64,000 bases of DNA from Candidatus Poribacteria bacterium (GCA_965214095.1 OZ243938.1:2112001-2176000); one strand, 5' to 3'; counted from the first letter of the stretch, positions 1 through 11,577 are shown. Numbers and translations: made by a program. Notes: generated from the letters alone by a model not told the origin.

Positions 1-828
1 TGCGCTATCCGCAGTCGCATTGACCGTAAACTCCGGATCAGCATCTGGTAGAACAATCAATGGGTTCTTTGCCCCACCTTGACACTGAACGCGTTTTCCG
101 TGTGCAGCTGCTTTCGCATAGATCGCTTTTGCTGTAGTTGTGGAACCGACAAAACTAATTGCACGAATTTCCGGATGCTCCAAGATTGCATTCACTGTCT
201 CCTGCCCACCATTGACAAGATTAACAACCCCTTCTGGTAACCCAGTCTGTTCAAGGAGTTGAAAAATCTTCTGCATGGTAAGCGGCACTTTTTCAGATGG
301 TTTTACAATGTAGGTATTACCACAAGCGATTGCGTACGGAAGAAACCAGAAGGCAATCATACCGGGAAAATTGAAAGGAGCGATGACAGCACTGACCCCG
401 ACAGGTTGGCGGATCATGAATTCGTCAATTCCTGTAGCGATGTCCTCCAAATTCGTGCCTTGCATCATTGTGGGAATTCCACATGCGACTTCAACGTTTT
501 CAATTGCCCGTCTCATCTCCCCTTTTGCTTCTGCAAGTGTTTTTCCAGATTCCAGTGTGATCGTTTTTGCAATGTCGTCTATATTCTCCTCAAGCAGATT
601 TTTCAGTTTGAAAAGATATTGAATACGTTGTACTGGAGGTGTACGTCTCCATTCGTCAAAGGCATTAGCTGCCGCAGTTGCAGCTTGATTAACCTCGTCT
701 GTGGGAGACATAGGCACTTGTGTCAGGACTTCACCCGTTGCGGGATTTGTTACATCAAGTAATTCAGAAGATTCTGACTGATGCCATGTATTGCTAATAT
801 AATTCAGAACTGGAGTCTGTAGGTTCAT
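1..828 (-). CDS. mmsA: CoA-acylating methylmalonate-semialdehyde dehydrogenase (3' end runs off window)
   Basis: Not in the ORF track; manual minus-strand translation from ATG at 828 ([15 protein letters not shown]) gives ALDH motifs [19 protein letters not shown] and QGGAKNP typical of MMSDH. Confidence 0.85.
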   Translation of the reverse strand, partial: MNLQTPVLNYISNTWHQSESSELLDVTNPATGEVLTQVPMSPTDEVNQAATAAANAFDEWRRTPPVQRIQYLFKLKNLLEENIDDIAKTITLESGKTLAEAKGEMRRAIENVEVACGIPTMMQGTNLEDIATGIDEFMIRQPVGVSAVIAPFNFPGMIAFWFLPYAIACGNTYIVKPSEKVPLTMQKIFQLLEQTGLPEGVVNLVNGGQETVNAILEHPEIRAISFVGSTTTAKAIYAKAAAHGKRVQCQGGAKNPLIVLPDADPEFTVNATADSA

Positions 829-894
829 TGAATGATAACCTTTATAAGATTTTGTAATCTGTTCGTCTTGAACTGTTGCACTGTAAACCTTATA

Positions 895-2325
895 TCAGTC
901 TTGTTTTGCAAAGAGTTCAAGGACTTTCAGTTGTTCCATAGCAGCCACCACCTGTGGGTCATGCACTATTTCATCTTTGGTATTCTGTGTTTCCAATGCG
1001 ATGGCGTATTTTATCCCAATGTCACTAAGGATAATTTGTTCTTCAGTGAGTGCATCAGTCAACCGGTTATATGCGCGTAATAATTTCCCTGCCTGACGGT
1101 CATCCCTTGGTGCGTGCTCAGCTGCATATAATTTTTCAAGGACATCATCACCGTTTTCTTCAACAAATGTTTTTACTTCTTGGTGATTTCGCAATTTTAT
1201 CTGCATTTGCACTTCTGATCGACTAAAGTACGCTGATTCAACATCAGGTAAGATGCCTATTTTGTCAATGTCAACACCATTTGGTGTGAAATACTTTGCT
1301 ACGGTTAATTTCACGGCTGCTTTTGAGTTGCTAAGTGAGAACACCTTCTGAACTGATGCCTTCCCAAAGGTTTGACTACCCATCACAAGCCCTCTACTAT
1401 GGTCTTTTATTGCCCCAGCGACAATTTCAGATGCACTTGCACTACCGTTATTGACGAGAACAATTAATGGAAATTTGTCTCTCGGAGGACCTTTAGCGGT
1501 AAAGTCTTTCCGTTCCTCTTTTCCTTGACTGTAAACAACGAGTTGTCCTGGTTCAAGAAAATCGCTGGAGATTTCAACTGCGGAACCGAGAAGTCCGCCA
1601 GGGTTAAACCGTAGATCAAGTATGACACCTCGGATATTGTCTTGATTGAATTCTTCAAGTGCCATATCAACATCGTTTGCAGTTGTCTGTAGGAAATTAT
1701 TGATTTTGATATATCCAATGTTATCACCGATATTTTCTTTCTCAACGCTTGGAATACGAATGACATCTCGTGTGATAGTAATTTCTAAAGGTTGACTCAC
1801 CTTTGGACGATGGATGGTTACGGATACAGATGTACCGGGTTCACCCCGTAACAGATCAACAGCATCATCTAATGACATGACTGCAGTTGATTCTCCATCA
1901 ATTTGACTGATAATATCGCCGTTTTGCACACCTGCTATTGCAGCAGGATTCCCTTTGAAAGGTGTGATGACGGTAATCGCATCTTCTCGCATTCCAACTG
2001 TCATACCGACGCCACCATAATTTCCTTGGTTTTGAGTTCGAAAGGCGATATAATCCGGTATAAATTGGCTGTATGGGTCTAAGGTGCGAAGCATTCCTTT
2101 GATTGCCCCTTCTAAAAGTTCTTTTTTCTTTGGTTCTTCAAGATAATGTTGCTCAACGCTCGCGAGGATTTCAGAAAAAAGTGCAATATTTTCTAAGAGT
2201 ACATTCTCTGAATTATCTAGTACATTCTCTGAATTATCTGTGTCTTCAGCCAGAATCATACCAGAAGATAAGAATAAAGCGATGAGAAATGTTAATACTG
2301 TGATGTATGTATATTTACTTTTCAT
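895..2325 (-). CDS. ctpA: S41 family carboxy-terminal processing protease (PDZ + peptidase)
   Basis: LDPYS, YGGVG, DLRFNPGGLL, SASASEI and TFGKASVQ motifs. Signal peptide after the likely start MKSKY (2325). Confidence 0.92.
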   Translation of the reverse strand: MKSKYTYITVLTFLIALFLSSGMILAEDTDNSENVLDNSENVLLENIALFSEILASVEQHYLEEPKKKELLEGAIKGMLRTLDPYSQFIPDYIAFRTQNQGNYGGVGMTVGMREDAITVITPFKGNPAAIAGVQNGDIISQIDGESTAVMSLDDAVDLLRGEPGTSVSVTIHRPKVSQPLEITITRDVIRIPSVEKENIGDNIGYIKINNFLQTTANDVDMALEEFNQDNIRGVILDLRFNPGGLLGSAVEISSDFLEPGQLVVYSQGKEERKDFTAKGPPRDKFPLIVLVNNGSASASEIVAGAIKDHSRGLVMGSQTFGKASVQKVFSLSNSKAAVKLTVAKYFTPNGVDIDKIGILPDVESAYFSRSEVQMQIKLRNHQEVKTFVEENGDDVLEKLYAAEHAPRDDRQAGKLLRAYNRLTDALTEEQIILSDIGIKYAIALETQNTKDEIVHDPQVVAAMEQLKVLELFAKQD

Positions 2326-2361
2326 GTCTGACTCCGTTTCTATGATAAGCAATTATTAATG

Positions 2362-2859
2362 TTAGTTATCCTTTAGTTTGTATAAAATTCTTCGTATACG
2401 TTGGTTTGATGTGATGTAAAATGCGACAAATACCGCGATAGCACTAAAGATTAGGTCAAACCAATCCATCCTGCTTTTCATGAGTTCCAATTTTGAAGTT
2501 CCTGAATATTGGGTTTGTGCAATTGCAGTGGCTGCCTCTTCTGATAGTAATGGCTCACTGGCAATTATTTGCTCCGCTATTTGTGCAATAGCGTTCCATC
2601 GGACATCAAGATATTTGCCAATAACAATTCCTACTAAAGCGAAAAATACGGCACCAACAGAGAGAATCAACCAATGTTTCTGTTCATTTGGATCAATAAC
2701 TTGTGAAGCTGCTAACACCATTCCAATCCCTGTAAACACACCAATACCGACAGCGGTGAATCCAGCAATGCTTCCAGTCCACTGAATAGATTTTGCCCAG
2801 AGAACACCACCCAACATTGCTCCGAACAATCCTCCTGTAGGAATAAGTAGTACCTTCAT
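2362..2859 (-). CDS. hypothetical membrane protein (~4 TM)
   Basis: 165 aa hydrophobic ORF; start overlaps the gatA stop. Confidence 0.75.
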   Translation of the reverse strand: MKVLLIPTGGLFGAMLGGVLWAKSIQWTGSIAGFTAVGIGVFTGIGMVLAASQVIDPNEQKHWLILSVGAVFFALVGIVIGKYLDVRWNAIAQIAEQIIASEPLLSEEAATAIAQTQYSGTSKLELMKSRMDWFDLIFSAIAVFVAFYITSNQRIRRILYKLKDN

Positions 2860-4337
2860 ATTTTTCCTTTTAAACTATTGATTTCAGGTTTTCTTAAATG
2901 ATGTTCAGTATTTTGCTCATAGGTATAAGCAACACGAAAAAGCACATCTTCAGCAAAAGGTGGTGCAAGTAGTTGCAACCCAACTGGTAATCCATTATCC
3001 ACGAACCCACAAGGAATAGAGATGCCCGGCAATCCTGCTTGACTCGCGGGTGTTGTCATAACATCACAAAGATACATTTGCAATGGATCATCAGTGCGTT
3101 CACCGATTTTGAAAGCAGGTGTTGGCGAGGTCGGTGTCGCTATGACATCCACCTTTTGAAATGCAGCGTCAAAATCGGACTTAATCAGTGTTCGGACTTT
3201 CTGTGCCTTACGATAATATGCATCTTGATAACCCGCACTAAGGGCAAAAGTACCCAGCATAATGCGGCGTTTTACCTCTTGCCCAAAACCCTCACTCCGT
3301 GTCTTTTTATACATACTAATCAAGTCTGTATGTTCCTCAGTGCGAAAACCGTAGCGAACTCCATCGTATCGTGCAAGGTTTGCACTTGCTTCTGCAGGTG
3401 CGATAATATAATATGTCGCAATTGCATAGTCTGTATGCGGAAGCGATATCTCTTCAACAGAAGCACCAAGTTTTTCCAAATCAGCGATTGCATTTTGTAC
3501 ATGCACCGCGACCTGATTATCTAAGCCTTCGGCAAAATATTCTTTCGGAACACCTATCTTTAATCCTTGAATATCGTTCACAAGACTCTGCGTAAAATCT
3601 GGAACCGGGACATCAACAGAGGTAGAATCCATTTCATCCTTGCCACAGATTGCATTGAGAACCAAAGCACAATCGGTAACATCTTTGGTAAACGGACCAA
3701 TTTGATCAAGCGAGGATGCAAATGCGATAAGTCCGTAGCGTGAGATACGTCCATAAGTCGGTTTCATCCCAACTACACCGCAAAGTGCTGCGGGTTGACG
3801 AATTGAGCCACCAGTATCTGAACCTAACGAACAGATTGCGGTATCTGCGGAAACAACCGCTGCGGAACCACCGCTTGACCCGCCTGGTATCGTATCCAAA
3901 TCCCACGGGTTGTGTGTAATCTGATACGCAGAATTTTCTGTGGATGATCCCATTGCAAATTCATCCATATTTGTTTTCCCAATCATGACCACACCTTGCT
4001 TATGTAATTGTTCCATGACAGTTGCATCGTAAGGTGGGACGAAGTTGCTAAGGATTTTTGAAGCACAGGTTGTCCGTACACCTTTGGTGCATATCACATC
4101 CTTAATTGCGATCGGGATACCGGCGAGAGGTGGCATATCGTCCCCATTTTGAAATCCTGTATCCGCAGCACTCGCTTGTTCCAATGCAATCTCTTTGGTT
4201 AATGTCAGATATCCTTTTACCTTGGACTCCACCTCCTCTATTCTTTGGTAAACAGACTTGGTCAATTCTACAGCAGTAATTTCACGGTTCTTTAGTTTGT
4301 CATGAAGTTCATGTGCAGTCAATTGATTTAGCGACAT
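2856..4337 (-). CDS. gatA: Asp/Glu-tRNA amidotransferase subunit A
   Basis: Amidase signature [30 protein letters not shown] and EVKRRIMLG. Likely start MSLNQL behind an AAGGAG RBS. Confidence 0.97.
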   Translation of the reverse strand: MSLNQLTAHELHDKLKNREITAVELTKSVYQRIEEVESKVKGYLTLTKEIALEQASAADTGFQNGDDMPPLAGIPIAIKDVICTKGVRTTCASKILSNFVPPYDATVMEQLHKQGVVMIGKTNMDEFAMGSSTENSAYQITHNPWDLDTIPGGSSGGSAAVVSADTAICSLGSDTGGSIRQPAALCGVVGMKPTYGRISRYGLIAFASSLDQIGPFTKDVTDCALVLNAICGKDEMDSTSVDVPVPDFTQSLVNDIQGLKIGVPKEYFAEGLDNQVAVHVQNAIADLEKLGASVEEISLPHTDYAIATYYIIAPAEASANLARYDGVRYGFRTEEHTDLISMYKKTRSEGFGQEVKRRIMLGTFALSAGYQDAYYRKAQKVRTLIKSDFDAAFQKVDVIATPTSPTPAFKIGERTDDPLQMYLCDVMTTPASQAGLPGISIPCGFVDNGLPVGLQLLAPPFAEDVLFRVAYTYEQNTEHHLRKPEINSLKGKI

Positions 4338-4350
4338 TTCGTTCTGCTCC

Positions 4351-4647
4351 TTACTCTGTGTCAATTACTCTGGGTACACCGAAATATCCTTCTTCAGGCT
4401 CCGGTGCGTTTGCGAGAACTTCGTCGCGTGGTAATGAAGTTTTGACGACATCCGGTTTAGTGATATTATGTAACGGATGTATATGTGATGTTGGTTGCAC
4501 GTCATCCGTATCCAATTCGTTCAACTTGCCGATATAGTCTAAGATTCGTGCAAGTTGTTCTGTGAAATCTTGTGTTTCCTCTTCGTTGAACTCAAGCCGT
4601 GCCAAGTTTGCGACATGCGAAACACCTTCTGTGGTTATGGTTGCCAT
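4351..4647 (-). CDS. gatC: Asp/Glu-tRNA amidotransferase subunit C
   Basis: [29 protein letters not shown]; directly upstream of gatA. Confidence 0.95.
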   Translation of the reverse strand: MATITTEGVSHVANLARLEFNEEETQDFTEQLARILDYIGKLNELDTDDVQPTSHIHPLHNITKPDVVKTSLPRDEVLANAPEPEEGYFGVPRVIDTE

Positions 4648-4676
4648 GTGATTTTGATTTCCTACCTATCTGTTTA

Positions 4677-4780
4677 TATAGTAGATTTTGAAATTACTTG
4701 AACACTCTGCATCGGCGAGGTTAGGAAACCTCGCCTACCGTGGAAAGAAAGTGTCAACTTTATATTTATAATTCACTATA
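4677..4780. mobile_element. TATAGT...ACTATA-bounded MITE carrying a REP-like hairpin
   Basis: Inverted terminal hexamers; internal GGCGAGGTTAGGAAACCTCGCCTACC palindrome. Confidence 0.55.
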
Positions 4781-4824
4781 TATTCTGTGATTTTATCAAA
4801 GCACCTATAAGAAAAGCCTGATGT

Positions 4825-5250
4825 TTAGATATATTCAATTTCCAAAATTGCCATACTCCATATCTTCCAGTCCCCGTTTTCCTCACGAAATACATGAACG
4901 GTGTCAATGTTGTTATCATTAAATTCCGCTCCAGCCAACTTCTGTGCAGAGTATTTTAATCTGACGATTGCGTATTCACCATCCTGTTCAATGTATCGAA
5001 ATAAGAGTACTTCATAACTTAAATCATAATTTTCAAACAACATAGTAGCTAATTTTTCTGTCTGTGCATAGTTAGGAGATTCGCTATGCACTGTAGCCAA
5101 CATTGCATCCATATCTTCTACTTGAGTTGCTCTTAGATTTTCAAATACTACTTCTTTTATATCTTCTGCTATATCCTCGTCAGAAAAGCCAATAACTAAA
5201 CAGACACTTACCCCAACTATCGCTATAAGGATTGTATAAAACATTTTCAT
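4825..5250 (-). CDS. exported NTF2/SnoaL-like protein
   Basis: N-terminal hydrophobic signal; EDMDAMLATVH and FREENGDWKIW pattern. Confidence 0.7.
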   Translation of the reverse strand: MKMFYTILIAIVGVSVCLVIGFSDEDIAEDIKEVVFENLRATQVEDMDAMLATVHSESPNYAQTEKLATMLFENYDLSYEVLLFRYIEQDGEYAIVRLKYSAQKLAGAEFNDNNIDTVHVFREENGDWKIWSMAILEIEYI

Positions 5251-5361
5251 AGTCTTCTTTTTCTCCTAAATTTGTTATAGAAAGTTTTTGTTTGTTGTAT
5301 ATTTTCATTTTCTTGCAATCGTCGCGAATAGAGACTGGTGTAAATGCCTTCTACAATCCAT

Positions 5362-7548
5362 CTACAAAACGGCTTTCAATGGGGCTAATTCCGCATCAAA
5401 TTGTTTTGAACCAGCGCGGTCAAAGCGAACTGTAACATAAGTAGATTCACCAGTACCTGTGAGTTTCGTCACCTTTCCCCGACCAAAACTCGGATGGAAT
5501 ACAATTTGACCAATCCCATAGGACTCTTCTATTTCTTCTTTTTCATCCTTGATGTAATCAATCTCTTGTTGTGAATATGTTGAGTTTGGCTGTGAAAAAG
5601 TTGAGTTGTATCTGTCAACATGCCTTATTACATCTGGTGAGATTTCTTCAATGAAACGTGATGGAACTCTATATTCATTCCCACTCCAAGTTCTACGCGC
5701 CTGGGCATGCACTAAATAAAGCTGCTCCATCGCACGTGTGATTCCGACATAGCAGACTCTACGTTCCTCCTCTAAGTCTGCTTCTGAATTAACGGAATTT
5801 TTATGTGGTAAATAACCTTCTTCCATACCAACAATAAAAACGAAAGGAAATTCCAATCCTTTTGCACTATGTAAGGTCATCATCGTAACGATATTGGTTT
5901 CATCTGTATCATCAGTTTTCATTGTGTCAATATCTGCAATGAGTGCAACATTTTCTAAATAATCTGCGATGGTGGGTTCTTCGGCAATCATTTCATATTC
6001 ATAAACAGCGTTGCGTAGTTCTTCAATATTTTCAACACGATTTTGCGCTTCTATCGTACGTTGCCCTTTAAAGTTTTCCAAATAATTTGTAGTGTCTAAA
6101 ACATGTTCAAGCACATCCGCGGGTAGGTCGTCTGGTTCGTACCCTTCAAATATTTTAGCAAAGCGGCGTATTTTTGTTTTGATTCCGCTGTTGATCGTAT
6201 CAATTTCGTCAACCCGTTCAATAGCCTCAAAAAGTGTTATATCATTTTGATCAGCAAAATTCATGAGGCGTTCAAGCGATGTTGCGCCAATACCGCGAGA
6301 TGGAACATTTATGATTCGTCTCAGACTAATTGAGTCAAACGGATTACACATCACGCGGAGATATGCGATCAGGTCTTTAATCTCCATTCGGTCATAAAAA
6401 CCGAGTCCACCGACAATCTGATAAGGTATATTAGCAGAACGCAAGGCTTCTTCAAAGATACGCGATTGTGCGTTTGTCCGATAAAAAATAGCGAAGTCTC
6501 TAAAATCAACACCTTCTGCGTTCCAATCTTCTATCTTCGTGCCGACGAAACCTGCTTCGTCCCGTTCATCCATCGCTTCATAGCAGGTAACAAGTTCACC
6601 TTGATCATTTTTTGTCCATAGTTTTTTCTCTTTCCGTTTCTTATTATTCTGAACGACACTCCATGCTGCATCCAAGATATTTTGTGTTGAACGGTAATTC
6701 TGTTCTAAGCGTAAAACACGCGTATTAGGATAGTTCTTTTCAAAATCAAGTATGTTATGTATATCTGCCCCCCGAAATCCGTAGATAGACTGGTCATCAT
6801 CTCCAACGACACAAACATTCTTTTTTTCGCCAGTTAAATAACGCACTAAATCATATTGGCAGCGATTCGTGTCCTGATATTCATCTACAAGCACATGTTC
6901 AAACTTCTTCTGATAATGTTCAAGTACATCAGGATGTTTTCTAAAGAGTTCTACTGTGAAGTTCAACAGGTCATCAAAATCTAAGGCGTTGTTTTTACGA
7001 AGCGAGTCCTGATATAGAGGATATACTTGTGCGACAATCTTTTCATAAAAACCGTCTGCCAGGTTTGCATAAGTATCTGGTTTTATGGAGTCGTTTTTAG
7101 CTTTACTGACCAAATCGTGTATAGTACGTGGACTGTACATCTTGTCATCTAAATTACATTGCCTGAGAATATCTTTGACGACAGTAACCTGTTCACTTTT
7201 ATCGAATATTGTAAAGTTGCGAGTAAAACCGTTTAAATGTTCAATGTCTCGGCGTAGGATTTTAGCACAAGATGCGTGAAAAGTTGATACCCATAGGTTT
7301 TTGCTCATTCCCTCTCCGATGAGTGAATCCAGACGTTCCTTCATCTCGTTAGCTGCTTTGTTGGTGAATGTCACGGCGAGGATACGGAATGGTGAGATAC
7401 GGTAATGTTTGATGAGGTATGCGATGCGATGTGTAATTACACGTGTTTTACCGCTCCCCGCACCCGATAGGATGAGGAGCGGTCCTTCGGTGTGTTGGAC
7501 AGCCTCTTGTTGGATATCGTTCAAGGAACTTAGTAGATTGTCGGACAA
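5362..7548 (-). CDS. pcrA: UvrD/PcrA SF1 DNA helicase
   Basis: SGAGSGKTRV, VTFTNKAA, VDEYQDTN, VGDDDQSIYGFRGA, LEQNYRST, TLHSAKGLEF, EERRVCYVGITRA; TTG start with GGAGG RBS. Confidence 0.96.
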   Translation of the reverse strand: MSDNLLSSLNDIQQEAVQHTEGPLLILSGAGSGKTRVITHRIAYLIKHYRISPFRILAVTFTNKAANEMKERLDSLIGEGMSKNLWVSTFHASCAKILRRDIEHLNGFTRNFTIFDKSEQVTVVKDILRQCNLDDKMYSPRTIHDLVSKAKNDSIKPDTYANLADGFYEKIVAQVYPLYQDSLRKNNALDFDDLLNFTVELFRKHPDVLEHYQKKFEHVLVDEYQDTNRCQYDLVRYLTGEKKNVCVVGDDDQSIYGFRGADIHNILDFEKNYPNTRVLRLEQNYRSTQNILDAAWSVVQNNKKRKEKKLWTKNDQGELVTCYEAMDERDEAGFVGTKIEDWNAEGVDFRDFAIFYRTNAQSRIFEEALRSANIPYQIVGGLGFYDRMEIKDLIAYLRVMCNPFDSISLRRIINVPSRGIGATSLERLMNFADQNDITLFEAIERVDEIDTINSGIKTKIRRFAKIFEGYEPDDLPADVLEHVLDTTNYLENFKGQRTIEAQNRVENIEELRNAVYEYEMIAEEPTIADYLENVALIADIDTMKTDDTDETNIVTMMTLHSAKGLEFPFVFIVGMEEGYLPHKNSVNSEADLEEERRVCYVGITRAMEQLYLVHAQARRTWSGNEYRVPSRFIEEISPDVIRHVDRYNSTFSQPNSTYSQQEIDYIKDEKEEIEESYGIGQIVFHPSFGRGKVTKLTGTGESTYVTVRFDRAGSKQFDAELAPLKAVL

Positions 7549-7823
7549 AAAAGGACACCTCCGTTATTGTGGTAGTAATGTATAAAGTATACGGAATTAA
7601 GATTTTGTTTGCAAGGAAATTGTTGGGAAATATAACTTGACAAATTAAGTCTGTTTTGAGAACATAATTATATCCCTCCTATGTACTGTAGAAAAAGTAA
7701 CCTATTTATGCGATCTCTCAAAACGTAGATTAATCCTCAGTTTTTCATAATAGACCGCTAATCAGGTAAACCGGCAAACAATTCTTGCAGGAATACACTT
7801 ACTATTCCGATATGGAGGACAAG

Positions 7824-8111
7824 ATGATTATTAGAATTCTGAGACTTATGTTTGTTTTCGCCGTTATAGCAACTGAATTAACCACTGCAAATATTGCACA
7901 AGCACAACAAGCGATTACAGACGAACTGATAAGTTTTTGGTCATTTAATCAAAATACAGTTACTGATAATACGGTCAAAGATATTTTTGGCACTAACAAC
8001 GGAACTATGAACGGGAATGTAGAGGTAGTTAACGGTAAGATCGGTGATGCACTCAAGTTTAGTGGGGGACATGTTGATTGTGGTTCAGCTATAGATTTAA
8101 TCGAAAGTTGA
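7824..8111 (+). pseudogene. truncated secreted LamG/ConA-like protein
   Basis: GGAGG RBS, signal peptide, LISFWSF...VKDIFGTNNGT...GKIGDALKF (LamG N-terminus), then a stop 1 nt from the convergent 1154-aa gene. Confidence 0.65.
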
Positions 8112-8112
8112 A

Positions 8113-11100
8113 TTATTGTTTGGGTTCAGGTAATGCATACATTCCTCGACGCACTTTAACAATCTCATTAGTATCCACAAGGCGTCTCATTTCTTGTTTT
8201 ATTGATACAGGATGTCCTTCAACACATTCCACCAATTCCGCTGTGGTTTTGTCACCAGTGGAGAGAGCAGATAGAATTTGTTCTTGAAGTGGTACACGTA
8301 GGGGTATGCCACCTCTGAGTCTTTGCAATACACGGTTTGCTTGGCGCGTGGAGCATCCTAAGATCCGTTCCACCTCTGCTCTGCTGTATTCTGCTGTGAT
8401 ATTCTCACGTTCCTTTTCAAAACGTTGGCGTGTTGCGACTGTTTCAGGGAGTTTGTCTAACCCACCCGCTACTTCAAAATCTTCCCAGTCAAAAAGGATG
8501 GTTTCAGGTCTATCTGTAATGTCCGGCAGTTTAACACTCGTGATTAATACAATCTTCTTGCCAGTTAAGCTGTTTAATCGAGCACGTCCTATAACATTCG
8601 TAAAAAGACTGATGATATGTTGGTTACTTTCATTCTGAACTCGTTCGTCTTTAAATATGCCCGTTTCAGAATCAACTTCATAGGAGATAGGTTTCTCATC
8701 GTTTCCAAACAACATTTGTGATCGTAACCACAAAACCCCTGGTGCCCAATATGGTGTTCCAATTAACCATACGACTTGTGCTTCTGCCAAATCGGTATCA
8801 AATTGATCTATATTTTTAAAATGTGTGATGCAATAAGTGTTTTCATTATTAACAAATTCCAGAATCCATTTTGCAAAGGTATTATAGGTGATTATTACAT
8901 GCTTGATGTTCGGAGTCCTCTCAATTTCTCCGAGAATACCGAGAAGAAAACGCAATGCTGTTTTTGACAACCATGATTTGTTCCAATTATCGTCATAGTC
9001 AACAAGTGAATGTAGTGGATAGTTACCCGTCCGAATCTGAAAAACTTGATTTCCCGTTTGCCATGTAGTAGGTTTAACTTGTAATACTTCGGCTTTCTCC
9101 GTTGGAAATATATTATGATAATGTCGTTGAAACAAACCTGAAGACATTATCAATAGACGTTCAACCTTTGGATGCAATACTGGTGGTATCCAGAACAGTA
9201 GCGTATCATTACTTAATCCTATAGGGGCATCAACATCTCGCTTGTAGTGTTCAAAATACCGTTGTAACTGATGCCAAATCGTCCAGTTTGGATCTTGATA
9301 GACAGTTGGTAATGCCCGAATCTTTTCCAAGGTGCTTATATCGAAGACACCTAACTCAATAGCTTGAGTCATCTGCATTGGTATTTTGACATCTTCGTTG
9401 AGTAGAAAATATCTGAGATGAAAAGAAGGTAATCCTTTTTCCCTGAGTCTATTCGCAGCTTTCTCGTTTAAAGGTATGTAAGCAAACTTTCCGCTCTCAA
9501 ATTGTATCGTGTGCCGTGCTAACTCCTCTCCAGTTTCCTTATCAACGATCCCATGCTCAATGACTTTACCTTGTACATTGACTTGACACATCTGTTCTAC
9601 AAGTTCTTTTTTCTGCTGTTGGAATAGGTTTACGGTTGCTCGGATGCGTTGCACAATACTATATCCATTTACATCTCTGGTTTCCAGAATATTTAGTAAG
9701 GCTCTGGCAAAGTTCCCTAAGACATATCCATGCCATTGTTCGTTCCACTCTTCCAATAATTCTTTTGGTATGATACATTCAATAAACATACTATGCAGCT
9801 CATTCTCATACATAATACAGAGTCTATCTGTGTTATCACTTTTTTCAAGAATGTCATCTAACAATCCTGCGTATATGGGATTGAAAAACAGTTTGGGCGT
9901 GTAGACAATCTGTGCCATCACTTGTTTTAATGTATTGTATTGTGATAGATAACCTCGTTGCTGACACTCCGTGTGTACCGGACACTGTGGACAGATACTG
10001 ACACGAGGATCTCCCCCTTTTATCTGAAGTTCATTGCACCGTTTTGGATCCTCACAGACATTACCTCCTTGAAAAGGGTTTGCCATCCTCATTTCAATGG
10101 GTATATCTTTCACTTGATTCCATTTATAATTCCTCGGTTTCCATAGAGCGACTGCTGGTAAATTATGTTTCTCAAAATGTTGTAATGCTTCCTCTGCTAC
10201 TTCAATGTTCGGAATGTTTAAGCAGATCGTCCCACTATCACGGAGATAAGATTCGATGCCTGAGTTTGTTCCAGCACTCGTGTCAGTGATAAGTCCGGTA
10301 ATTCGTGTAGTTCGGTCAATGATTTTCCTTATAAAATCTATATTCTTTTCGTAGGTCTCGTAAGTGTTTGTTGTGTATGTCTGCTCGCTCAGTATAGGAG
10401 CAGATCGTTTTAGTCCCAACGGACTTAGCTGACCTTCACGGACTGCCCAGACCTTATCTGAAATAGGTAATATGCTTTTAGGTGTTGACGGTTGAATTCC
10501 GGTATCCTTCCAGACATCTGTTATAGGTGTGGGTTCTACGGGTAATTCCGTATCCTCCACAGAGGCGGGTACATCCACCCACTTAAACGGCCATATCCAC
10601 ACGGTGTCGTCGCACTCCCAAAGAGATACGTAGATGTTAGGAGTATTGTTGTTGAACTTTGCCCAATAGTGAAAAGCATCTTCTTTACGTATATATGAAA
10701 ATCCTCGCTTTACAAATGCAGCATTAGCAAGATCAAGATTATGTGAAGCGAGTGTTGGTAATTCTGTAGTTGCAGATGGAATATTAGGTCTTAGTTGATG
10801 TTCACTTGGAGGAATTGGTTTGTGAATCAGAGTGCGGAGTGTATCAACATGAGCAAACAGGACATCTTTTCTAATGATAGGCGGATTTAATAGGTCTCCT
10901 GTCAGGATCTCGTAGCGTGCATCCCAACAACTCAGTCCATTTTCTCCAAAGATTACAAGATAAACTTCTTGATGATTTGGCTCATCTACGGTTGATGCCC
11001 CACCACAAATATACAATCTTGCTTCCTTTGTATTTGGATGTAAGTAATCTGGCACTCTGCAGGAAAAGCGTAACCCACCAGATTCTGTAATAGTCAACAA

Positions 11101-11577
11101 CGGATTAACAACAGCATTGGTCAGTGCTTCTATACAAGCCATAACAGCCTCTGGTTCAGCACATAATGCTTGATATGTAAATTCCAGATCGTGCCATCTT
11201 GCGCCATTGTGTTCAGAGAATATACCTGTATAGATCTGAATTCCCAATGAAGACTTCCAATGTCTTAGCCCGCGGTTCATAAAACTCTCTGGTCTAAGAA
11301 ATCGTTGCTCTTCGGAAAAAGTCCTATGATGTCGGTCATGTTTTGAAGCAAGACCTATAGGTACGAAGCTGATATGAGCTTGTTCTAAATCACTTAGCAT
11401 GACAGGATATTTGTGTGCACAATAGACTGTAAATTGATGCGTGTAGTTCTTGTTGAATAGGCAATGCGTTGCCAATCCTTTCCGCTGGTTAAGCGGTTTA
11501 TTGTGTCGCTGGTGGCAGTATTCTAATATGTCTTTAAAATCCATCATGAGATTACCTACCTTGCGTATCAGAATCAA
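8113..11577 (-). CDS. large hypothetical protein: Prim-Pol-like domain, Cys cluster, degenerate helicase-like region, C-terminal winged HTH
   Basis: GIQIYTG..S..WHDLE..TESGGLR; C-x5-C..CPQCPVHTEC..GYLSQ; WLIGTP; VIGRARL; C-terminal TTAELVE..IKQEMRRLV..IVKVRRGMY. Confidence 0.6.
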   Translation of the reverse strand: MILIRKVGNLMMDFKDILEYCHQRHNKPLNQRKGLATHCLFNKNYTHQFTVYCAHKYPVMLSDLEQAHISFVPIGLASKHDRHHRTFSEEQRFLRPESFMNRGLRHWKSSLGIQIYTGIFSEHNGARWHDLEFTYQALCAEPEAVMACIEALTNAVVNPLLTITESGGLRFSCRVPDYLHPNTKEARLYICGGASTVDEPNHQEVYLVIFGENGLSCWDARYEILTGDLLNPPIIRKDVLFAHVDTLRTLIHKPIPPSEHQLRPNIPSATTELPTLASHNLDLANAAFVKRGFSYIRKEDAFHYWAKFNNNTPNIYVSLWECDDTVWIWPFKWVDVPASVEDTELPVEPTPITDVWKDTGIQPSTPKSILPISDKVWAVREGQLSPLGLKRSAPILSEQTYTTNTYETYEKNIDFIRKIIDRTTRITGLITDTSAGTNSGIESYLRDSGTICLNIPNIEVAEEALQHFEKHNLPAVALWKPRNYKWNQVKDIPIEMRMANPFQGGNVCEDPKRCNELQIKGGDPRVSICPQCPVHTECQQRGYLSQYNTLKQVMAQIVYTPKLFFNPIYAGLLDDILEKSDNTDRLCIMYENELHSMFIECIIPKELLEEWNEQWHGYVLGNFARALLNILETRDVNGYSIVQRIRATVNLFQQQKKELVEQMCQVNVQGKVIEHGIVDKETGEELARHTIQFESGKFAYIPLNEKAANRLREKGLPSFHLRYFLLNEDVKIPMQMTQAIELGVFDISTLEKIRALPTVYQDPNWTIWHQLQRYFEHYKRDVDAPIGLSNDTLLFWIPPVLHPKVERLLIMSSGLFQRHYHNIFPTEKAEVLQVKPTTWQTGNQVFQIRTGNYPLHSLVDYDDNWNKSWLSKTALRFLLGILGEIERTPNIKHVIITYNTFAKWILEFVNNENTYCITHFKNIDQFDTDLAEAQVVWLIGTPYWAPGVLWLRSQMLFGNDEKPISYEVDSETGIFKDERVQNESNQHIISLFTNVIGRARLNSLTGKKIVLITSVKLPDITDRPETILFDWEDFEVAGGLDKLPETVATRQRFEKERENITAEYSRAEVERILGCSTRQANRVLQRLRGGIPLRVPLQEQILSALSTGDKTTAELVECVEGHPVSIKQEMRRLVDTNEIVKVRRGMYALPEPKQ

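Noticed and set aside
259-1080. Plus-strand ORFs in the track
   Set aside because: Antisense to the real mmsA and ctpA genes.
2198-2240. 21-bp tandem duplication in the ctpA N-terminus
   Set aside because: In-frame slippage in a linker with no sign of function.
2856-4647. gatCA without gatB
   Set aside because: A separately located gatB is common.
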